Source: Gemmatimonadota bacterium
GTDB lineage: Bacteria > Latescibacterota > UBA2968 > UBA8231
Assembly (NCBI GenBank): GCA_038128265.1
Contig: JAYPJE010000025.1
Span: 46,073 to 59,824 of the forward strand
Direction: 5' to 3'
DNA length: 13,752 nt
Below are positions 7,477 to 13,752 of this stretch, in pieces. The position numbers and the translations under genes are program-made. The notes beneath the pieces were generated by a model, which was given only the letters and a program-made list of their open reading frames with translations, was not told the DNA's origin and did not search any database. Numbering within the stretch: the first letter of the stretch is position 1; each line of letters begins with the position of its first letter.

Positions 7477-8307
7477 ATGAACGACGACAACATCATTCGC
7501 TATGAAGACGTAGAAATCGACGACCTGCCGCGCGACCTGCACTTTCACCCCAGCGATGCACGCAGTTCCAAAACGCTTACGAGTGCTCAGGTAGAAGCCT
7601 ATAACCGCGAGGGGTACATTAAGGGGATTCGCATTTTTAGCGATGTGGAAATAGCCGATATACGCGCCTATTTCGACGGAGTATTAGCGCGCGTGCTCGA
7701 GTCCGGTGGCACCTCCTACTCGATATCTACAGCGCACATGAGCTACGGCCGCGTCTGGGACTTGCTCAACGACGAGCGCATCGTTGCCCACGTGCGCGAC
7801 ATTCTCGGCCCGGACGTCATCGGCTGGGGCTCGCACTTTTTCTGTAAAATGCCCCGCGACGGCAAGCGCGTGTCCTGGCATCAGGACGCCTCTTACTGGC
7901 CGATGTCGCCCTCTAAGACGGTGACGGTGTGGCTGGCTATCGACAATGCCGATACGGAAAACGCCTGCATGCGCTTTATTCCCGGCTCGCATCAGCATGG
8001 CCACATGACCTATCACCTCAGCGAGGAAGACGAGAACAACGTGCTCTTTCAGACCGTGCCCAACGCCGAGCACTACGGCGATCCGGTCGACGTCGAACTC
8101 CGCGCCGGCGATATATCCATGCACTCCGACATGCTGTTACACGGCTCTGAAGCCAATGAATCCGATCGGCGTCGCTGCGGTCTTACGCTCCGCTACTGTG
8201 CCGCCGACGTGCGCGCCATGCAGGGTTGGCATTTAAAGGGCGTGGTTGTCTCCGGCACAGATCGCGACGACCATTGGGGCAATCCCGCACGGCCAGAGGC
8301 CGAATAA
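7477..8307 (+). CDS. Phytanoyl-CoA dioxygenase (PhyH) family Fe/2OG oxygenase
   Basis: 276 aa from ATG 7477; YNREGY, FFCKMP...SWHQDASYWP, VTVWLAID...ENACMRFIPGSH, GDISMHSDMLLHGSEANESDRRRCG; intact HxD...H triad. Confidence 0.93.
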   Translation: MNDDNIIRYEDVEIDDLPRDLHFHPSDARSSKTLTSAQVEAYNREGYIKGIRIFSDVEIADIRAYFDGVLARVLESGGTSYSISTAHMSYGRVWDLLNDERIVAHVRDILGPDVIGWGSHFFCKMPRDGKRVSWHQDASYWPMSPSKTVTVWLAIDNADTENACMRFIPGSHQHGHMTYHLSEEDENNVLFQTVPNAEHYGDPVDVELRAGDISMHSDMLLHGSEANESDRRRCGLTLRYCAADVRAMQGWHLKGVVVSGTDRDDHWGNPARPEAE

Positions 8308-8312
8308 TTCGC

Positions 8313-10838
8313 ATGGCCGATCTCGTCATCCGCCTCACCGACCCCCGGGCTACCGATCCTGCTCTGAGCGGAGCCAAGGGCGCGGCGCTGGCCAAGATGA
8401 TCCAAGCCGACCTGCCCGTCCCTGGCGCGTTTGTCGTTTCTACGCAGGCGTTCCAGACGGTTCTGCACGAGTTGCCCGCACCCCTGCTAAACGATCTCGA
8501 TGCCGGACGCGCCGGTTCCGCAGAAGCCGTGTGCCAGGCGCTGCGCCAACCGCGGCTGCCCGATCCGCTGCGCGATGCCGTCCGCAGCGCCTACGACGCG
8601 CTGGCCGCACCGGCCGTTTCTACGCGCTCCTCCTCTACGGCCGAAGACTTGGCCGATGCGAGCTTTGCCGGCCAGTACGATTCGGTGCTCAACGTCACAG
8701 CGTGGGACGATCTAGTCGATGCCATCGGACGCGTTTGGGCCTCGTTTTTTTCGCCCCACGCACAGGCCTACCGCCGGCGCCACCAGATAGACGGCGGGCA
8801 GAGCGCCATGGCCGTCATCGTGCAGCGCCAGATCGCATCCCATGCGGCGGGCGTGCTCTTTACCCGCGACCCACAAAGCGGCGCCGAGCACTGTGTCGTC
8901 ACCGCAGCGCTCGGACTAGGCGAAGGCGTCGTCTCTGGCAGCGCACCGACCGACCACTTTGTCGTCGATCGCGCGACGGGCACCGCAATTTCTAGCGATA
9001 TTGCCGATAAACAGCGGCGCGTCGCAGCACGCCCGAACGGCGGAATCGAGTCCGTGGAGGTCAAATCTACTCAGCGCAAGGAGCCTGCCCTGAGCCAAGA
9101 GCAGTTGGCAACGCTAGTCGGGTTGGGCATGCGCATCGAAGGGCTCTTTACTGGGGCGCAGGACATCGAATTTGCCGTAGACGATACCGTACACATCTTG
9201 CAGGCGCGCCCAATAACCACTATTGACGAAGTCGCCGCGCCGGACGAGCCGTGGGAAGACGGCGTCGACCCTGCCTACTGCTGGACAAAGAGCCGCGGAC
9301 CGTTGACGCGCCTCGAACAAGACTACATGACCGAGTATATGGTCCACGCGCGCAACTGCTACGAAGAAGTCGGTTCGCGCATGACGGCCAACCACCTCTA
9401 CTGCGTGCGCAACGGCTATATGTTTGCGCGCGCCCCCGAGGTGGAGCCCGACGAAATGGCCCGTCGCCATGCCGTGCAGACGGAGCGCGTTGACGCCTGC
9501 ACCGCGCGCGGCACTACCTACTTCGAAGCCGTGCAGCGCGGCATTATAGAAAGGCACCTCGCCGCACTTGGTGCGCAGCGCCGGCAAGCCAAGTGTCCTG
9601 CCGACCGCGTGGACTACCTCGAGTCGTGTCTGCAGATGCTTGCCTATGTCTCCGGTCATCTCCACTGGTCGATGGGGCGGCCCGAACCGCTGCCCGGCTG
9701 GCACGAAGAATACGAAGCCCTCACGGGCCGCCCCCAGCACGAAGCCAACACCTTTCTACAGGCCATCGACAACCGCATGACGCGCTTGGTAAGCCGACTG
9801 CGCGAACTGGCGCGCATCGTCCAATCCGACCCCGCGCTAAGCGCGCTCTTCGCGGAGGGGCGCTTTGACGACTTGGCCGCGCAGCGCCATAGTGCGGCCG
9901 CACGGAACTTCCACAAGCGCTTTGGCGCCATGCTCAACATCTACGGGCTGCGCAGCGGACGCGGCTACGGCTCGAGTAGCGGTTTCCAGACGCCGACTTG
10001 GAATATGGATCCGCAAGTACCGCTCGACATCATCGCCACCTATGCCGAGCAGGATCTCGATCGCCTCGACCAGCTGGAGCGCGAGGCGCGAAGCGAGCGG
10101 CGCAACGCCACGCGCCGCCTGCGCCGCCTGCTCGCCAATAACTCCGACAAGCGAGTGCGCTTCGAGGATGCTCTGCTGCGCGGCCAGCTGCACGTGCGCT
10201 TTTTAGAAGACCACAACTACTATATGGAGCAGTGTAGCGGCGGCACGGCGCGCGAAGCCATAGACGCGGTCGGCCGGGACCTCGTGCGCCGACACGTGGT
10301 TGATAATGCAGACGACGTCTTTCACTTCTCGCTGGCAGAGCTGCGTGCACTAGCCGCGGCCGGCAGCCCAACCGACGGGCGCCCCCTCATCGCCGCACGC
10401 AAAGAGGAATGGGACCGCCGCAAACGCATGCAGCCGCCGGCCACGCTGGGCGCGGCCCCAGAGAAAAAAGAGGGGCATGAAGGGGAAACCTCCGAGCGCG
10501 GACTGCAGGGCGACCGGCTCGTTGGCGTCAGCGCCTCAAGCGGACGGGTCAGCGGACGCGCCGTGCTGATCGCGTCGGGCGAGCGGCCCCGCGTGCATCC
10601 AGGCGATATTCTCGTCGCCGGCAACGTTGGTCCGGAGTGGACCCCGGCCTTTGCCGTCCTCGGCGGCCTCGTGTTGGACGAAGGCTCTCTATCACAGCAC
10701 GCTGCCATTGTTGCGCGCGAGTATCGCATTCCCTCCGTTATGCAAACGCGCGAAGCCACGCGCCACATCGCCAACGGGCAGCACATCGCCGTAGACGGCG
10801 ACCAGGGCATTGTCGAGCTCCATCCAGCCGGCGTGTGA
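8313..10838 (+). CDS. PEP-utilizing/dikinase-like phosphotransferase with Rph/PigC architecture (ATP-grasp, central substrate domain, C-terminal phospho-His swivel)
   Basis: 841 aa from ATG 8313; GAKGAAL, RSSSTAEDLADASFAGQYDS, MAVIVQ, GLGEGVVSG, QDIEFA...ILQARPIT; C-terminal GDILVA...SQHAAIVAREYRIP...VDGDQG. No pyruvate-binding TIM barrel. Confidence 0.9.
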   Translation: MADLVIRLTDPRATDPALSGAKGAALAKMIQADLPVPGAFVVSTQAFQTVLHELPAPLLNDLDAGRAGSAEAVCQALRQPRLPDPLRDAVRSAYDALAAPAVSTRSSSTAEDLADASFAGQYDSVLNVTAWDDLVDAIGRVWASFFSPHAQAYRRRHQIDGGQSAMAVIVQRQIASHAAGVLFTRDPQSGAEHCVVTAALGLGEGVVSGSAPTDHFVVDRATGTAISSDIADKQRRVAARPNGGIESVEVKSTQRKEPALSQEQLATLVGLGMRIEGLFTGAQDIEFAVDDTVHILQARPITTIDEVAAPDEPWEDGVDPAYCWTKSRGPLTRLEQDYMTEYMVHARNCYEEVGSRMTANHLYCVRNGYMFARAPEVEPDEMARRHAVQTERVDACTARGTTYFEAVQRGIIERHLAALGAQRRQAKCPADRVDYLESCLQMLAYVSGHLHWSMGRPEPLPGWHEEYEALTGRPQHEANTFLQAIDNRMTRLVSRLRELARIVQSDPALSALFAEGRFDDLAAQRHSAAARNFHKRFGAMLNIYGLRSGRGYGSSSGFQTPTWNMDPQVPLDIIATYAEQDLDRLDQLEREARSERRNATRRLRRLLANNSDKRVRFEDALLRGQLHVRFLEDHNYYMEQCSGGTAREAIDAVGRDLVRRHVVDNADDVFHFSLAELRALAAAGSPTDGRPLIAARKEEWDRRKRMQPPATLGAAPEKKEGHEGETSERGLQGDRLVGVSASSGRVSGRAVLIASGERPRVHPGDILVAGNVGPEWTPAFAVLGGLVLDEGSLSQHAAIVAREYRIPSVMQTREATRHIANGQHIAVDGDQGIVELHPAGV

Positions 10839-10855
10839 AGCGGTGTCTGTGCTCC

Positions 10856-10931
10856 TTGACGGATAGAGGGAGCGGACGCTTTCTATAGAAAAATTTACAG
10901 CGCAGCTCTGCCGCGCTATTCAACGGAGAGG
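10856..10931 (+). promoter_or_regulatory. Possible promoter and ribosome binding site for the CBM9-like/PhyH pair
   Basis: TTGACG at 10856-10861 followed by an AT-rich stretch (ttctatagaaaaattt) with no clean -10 at 17 nt; SD GGAGAGG at 10925-10931, 7 nt before ATG 10939. Confidence 0.35.
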
Positions 10932-10938
10932 CCATGTC

Positions 10939-11697
10939 ATGAGCGATATCACCCCTAAAAACTACGTAGTGTATCGAGCGTCTACGCCCATCGTCGTAGA
11001 CGGCCACCTCAACGACGGCCCCTGGAAGGCCGCTCCGTGGACCGATCTCTTTGTCGATATCGAGGGCGATGCCAAGCCGCTGCCGCGCTTTGCCACGCGC
11101 GTTATGATGCTGTGGGACGATGACTATTTCTATTTTGCCGCCGACATGGAAGAGCCGCACGTGTGGGGGACGCTAACCAAGCGCGATTCGGTCATCTGCA
11201 ACGACAACGACTTCGAAATCTTCATCGACCCCGACGGCGACGGCGAGCACTACATGGAGTTCGAGATGAACCCGCTCAATGCGGCCTGGGACCTCTACCT
11301 ACCCAAAGCCTATAGCAAGGGCGGCACGGCCGACCACGACTGGGATTTTGAGGGTATCAAACACGCCGTGCAAATCGACGGCACGCTCAACTGCGCCGAC
11401 GACGTCGATCGCGGCTGGAGCGTCGAAGTGGCCATCCCCTGGACGGCGATGAGCGAGCACGCCGGCTGCGACTGCCCGCCCAAGCCCGGAGACCAGTGGC
11501 GCGTCAATTTCTCGCGCGTGGAGTGGGAGTTCGACTACCACAAAGGCGGCTACCTGCGCCGCGAAGGCGTGCCCTGTGACAACTGGGTGTGGTCGCCGCA
11601 GGGCGTTATCAATATGCACGTGCCCGAGATGTGGGGCTACGTGCAGTTCTCATCTATTGCCGCCGGCTACGGCGAGGAAGCGTTCGAGCAGAAATGA
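10939..11697 (+). CDS. Carbohydrate-binding family 9-like (DOMON-like) protein, stand-alone
   Basis: PIVVDGHLNDGPWKAAPWTDLFVDIEG...TRVMMLWDDDYFY...DNDFEIFIDPDGD...YMEFEMN...WSVEVAIPW...WRVNFSRVEW...NWVWSPQGVINMHVPEMWGYVQF; no signal peptide. Confidence 0.9.
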   Translation: MSDITPKNYVVYRASTPIVVDGHLNDGPWKAAPWTDLFVDIEGDAKPLPRFATRVMMLWDDDYFYFAADMEEPHVWGTLTKRDSVICNDNDFEIFIDPDGDGEHYMEFEMNPLNAAWDLYLPKAYSKGGTADHDWDFEGIKHAVQIDGTLNCADDVDRGWSVEVAIPWTAMSEHAGCDCPPKPGDQWRVNFSRVEWEFDYHKGGYLRREGVPCDNWVWSPQGVINMHVPEMWGYVQFSSIAAGYGEEAFEQK

Positions 11698-12497
11698 GTG
11701 CCATTGCCACGACGGCCTCTCCGCAGGCCATGAGCGACGAGCAGAAATTCTTCTTTGATCTAAAGGGCTGGCTGCTGCTGCCAGCCGTGCTGGAAGCCGA
11801 TCTGTTGGAGGCCCTGCGCGAGCACGTTTACAAGCTGCGCCACGAGCCCGACTCGCTGCCCGAGCACGAGCGCTACTCGCTGGCCGGCCCCGGGCAGCAG
11901 TTGGTCGACCACCCGTCCATCGTCGGCATCCTGCGCGATATCATCGCGCCCGATCCGGATGACAATGCCTACGGCTTTCGCTGCGAGAGCTCCTTTGCCA
12001 TGATTCGCCAGCTCGGCGAGCAGGGCTCTGCGCCCCACTGTGGCCCGCTCGTTGGCCCCATGGCCTATCGGCTGATCAACGGCCAGATCTACTCCGGCCT
12101 AACGCGCGTCGTGTGGGAGCTAAGCGAGGTAAAGAAGGGCGGCGGCACACCCATTATGTCCGGCTCGCACAAGGCCGGCTTTCCCGTGCCCGAGCGCTTT
12201 CGCCAATTCGATCCATCCGTCTACGAGGAATACGCCTGTCCGCCGGGTTCGGTGCTCATCTTTTCCGAGAGCTGCTGGCACGTCGGCACCGAATGGAAAG
12301 ATGCCGATCAGGAGCGCCGCGCAATTTTCAACTGCTATTGCTCGTACCTGACCCAGTGGCACAAGCTCAACCTGCCACACGAGGTTGTCGAACAGATGCC
12401 AGCCAAGCGCCAAACGGCCTTTCGCGGCGCGTGGGGACACAACTTCAGCATTGGACAGCACAACACCTACTACGACGAGAGCAACCGGGCGCATTAG
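11694..12497 (+). CDS. PhyH-family Fe/2OG oxygenase with atypical H-x-G iron motif
   Basis: ATGA overlap with the upstream stop (alternative ATG 11730); QKFFFDLKGWLLL, GTPIMSGSHKAGF, PGSVLIFSESCWHVG...ERRAIF; first His occurs in PHCGP. Confidence 0.88.
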   Translation: MSAIATTASPQAMSDEQKFFFDLKGWLLLPAVLEADLLEALREHVYKLRHEPDSLPEHERYSLAGPGQQLVDHPSIVGILRDIIAPDPDDNAYGFRCESSFAMIRQLGEQGSAPHCGPLVGPMAYRLINGQIYSGLTRVVWELSEVKKGGGTPIMSGSHKAGFPVPERFRQFDPSVYEEYACPPGSVLIFSESCWHVGTEWKDADQERRAIFNCYCSYLTQWHKLNLPHEVVEQMPAKRQTAFRGAWGHNFSIGQHNTYYDESNRAH

Positions 12498-12514
12498 CGC
12501 TCGGCACACCAATG

Positions 12515-12560
12515 AAAAAGCCTGCTATCGGCACGCGGTCGGTGCGCCGATAGCAGGCTT
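12515..12560 (-). terminator. Intrinsic terminator hairpin between convergent genes (possibly bidirectional)
   Basis: Perfect 15-bp inverted repeat AAGCCTGCTATCGGC (12518-12532) / GCCGATAGCAGGCTT (12546-12560) with a 13-nt loop; A5 run at 12515-12519 gives a U tract on the minus strand. Confidence 0.85.
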
Positions 12561-12588
12561 ATCCCAATACATTCTCCCAACAGCCAAC

Positions 12589-13752
12589 CTACTGCGCACT
12601 ATTCTCCATCTCTTGCAGGTGCTTCTGCACCTGGTCATACAAGTTGGGATCGATCTGTACGGCCCGGTTAAAGTAGTTGCGCGCTTCGTACGCACGCCCT
12701 AACTGAGCACTGAGCTGACCGCTAGTCATATAGGCCTCTGCCATATAAGGCGCGCGCCGTATAAGGCGCTCATATACGCTAAGAGCCTCTTCGATTTGGC
12801 CAACGCGCTGATGCGCCGTGCCAATGCGCTTTAGTGATTCTGCACTCCATTCGTCCCACCCGATTTCGCGCCCTATTTCTTCGATCACGTCGCGGCGCTT
12901 CAACACCAAGGCCACGTAGTAGAGGTCAACAGCCAGCTCGGTATTGCGCCGATCCAAATCCCACGCTTTGTGTATATTGTGCAGTGCGGCATTGCCCTGA
13001 CGCAGCTGCCAGTACCAGCGCGCGCGCTCTATGTAGAGCGCCTGCCTATTTGGACTCAGTTCGACGGCCTCGTCAAGCGTTTTCAGGGCTTCGACCGCTT
13101 GCGCCTCGAACGGCTCGCCCAGCACGTAGAGCACGGCCGATAGCATGAGATGGTGCTTTGTATTGGGAGCGGGGCCATCGACGGCGGCGCGCGCCTGATC
13201 GAGGGTAAACGCTGCAAAACGCCCCTTCTCTTCATCGGAATAGTGCGGCGAATTGATCACATCATCCAAACGGGTAGACAATTCCTCGCGGACCACGTCC
13301 GCGTTGCTCTTTTGCTCAAGTTGTATAACCCACGCAAAATTGCGACGGACCTCGTCCAGAGGGGGCGTTCCATTGGTCAGAGACTGAAACATTTTTTTAT
13401 TCACATCAATCAAGGTGTGAGCCTGCAGCAGCGGCACGGCGCTCAGGTAGTATCCCGCCAGTCCTCCCCAAACCAGTAGGCCCAAGACTTGGACCGGAAC
13501 AACACCTCTGCGCTCCAACGTTGGGTCATGGCTGCTATCCGGCTTCTGCACGGTTGCTCGATCAATCCACGCCAGCAGCGCAAAGAAGGCGCATTCCGTG
13601 TTGAACGTGCCAAACTGAAACTGGATATAGGTGAAGTAACCGACTAACAGGGCGGCAATAAACATGGCCTGTGGAATGTTAATCGCACCACCGCGCGCGC
13701 CTCTGTAGAGCGAGCGCAGGGCAACCCACCATACCGCCCCATAGGCCAGCAG
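12589..13752 (-). CDS. Membrane protein with C-terminal TPR repeats, probably O-antigen ligase (Wzy_C) family; 5' end outside the window
   Basis: Frame stays open from 13752 (LLAYGAVWWVAL...AMFIAALLVGYFTYIQFQF); several TM helices, then TPR-like helices (AVELSPNRQALY, EEALSVYERLI, EARNYFNRAVQIDPN). The ligase catalytic loop is not visible in the window. Confidence 0.7.
   Translation of the reverse strand: MLAYGAVWWVALRSLYRGARGGAINIPQAMFIAALLVGYFTYIQFQFGTFNTECAFFALLAWIDRATVQKPDSSHDPTLERRGVVPVQVLGLLVWGGLAGYYLSAVPLLQAHTLIDVNKKMFQSLTNGTPPLDEVRRNFAWVIQLEQKSNADVVREELSTRLDDVINSPHYSDEEKGRFAAFTLDQARAAVDGPAPNTKHHLMLSAVLYVLGEPFEAQAVEALKTLDEAVELSPNRQALYIERARWYWQLRQGNAALHNIHKAWDLDRRNTELAVDLYYVALVLKRRDVIEEIGREIGWDEWSAESLKRIGTAHQRVGQIEEALSVYERLIRRAPYMAEAYMTSGQLSAQLGRAYEARNYFNRAVQIDPNLYDQVQKHLQEMENSAQ

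Noticed and set aside
7477..8307. SyrB2-like halogenase call for this PhyH gene
   Set aside because: It retains the HQD carboxylate ligand, consistent with a hydroxylase-type site.
9114..10810. Minus-strand ORFs 9114-9740 and 10322-10810
   Set aside because: Fully antisense to the phosphotransferase gene, with no motifs.
8313..10838. Annotation as ppsA/ppdK or as the rifampin resistance gene rph
   Set aside because: Lacks the C-terminal pyruvate-binding barrel of PpsA/PpdK; shares Rph architecture but the central domain cannot be confirmed as rifamycin-binding.
1..13752. CRISPR arrays, tRNA/rRNA, IS elements, integrases, defence systems
   Set aside because: No spaced direct repeats, cloverleaf motifs, transposase or nuclease signatures were seen; intergenic gaps are short.

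Overview
GC-rich, densely coding bacterial window with 13 protein-coding genes; no RNA genes, CRISPR arrays or mobile elements were seen. The gene content (many PhyH/TauD Fe(II)/2-oxoglutarate oxygenases, a secreted discoidin + FlgD-Ig/'FTPNGDGIND' protein, a CBM9-like protein) suggests an uncultured FCB-type lineage such as Ca. Latescibacterota or a Poribacteria-like organism; this is inference. Left (minus strand): a bacterial TrmY-like SPOUT methyltransferase, then a tight cluster of a 99-aa flagellar rod-like mini protein, a membrane-anchored M23/LytM protein lacking all Zn ligands, and a bactofilin, preceded by a sigma28-like promoter motif. Middle and right: a divergent cluster of four Fe/2OG oxygenases around an Rph/PigC-architecture dikinase-like phosphotransferase and a CBM9-like protein. 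The last oxygenase has H-C-G in place of H-x-D/E (halogenase-like iron site). The window ends with a 15-bp hairpin terminator and a truncated O-antigen-ligase-like/TPR gene. The first ~140 nt are homopolymer-rich and probably low-quality sequence. All family calls come from motif recognition only; no searches were run.
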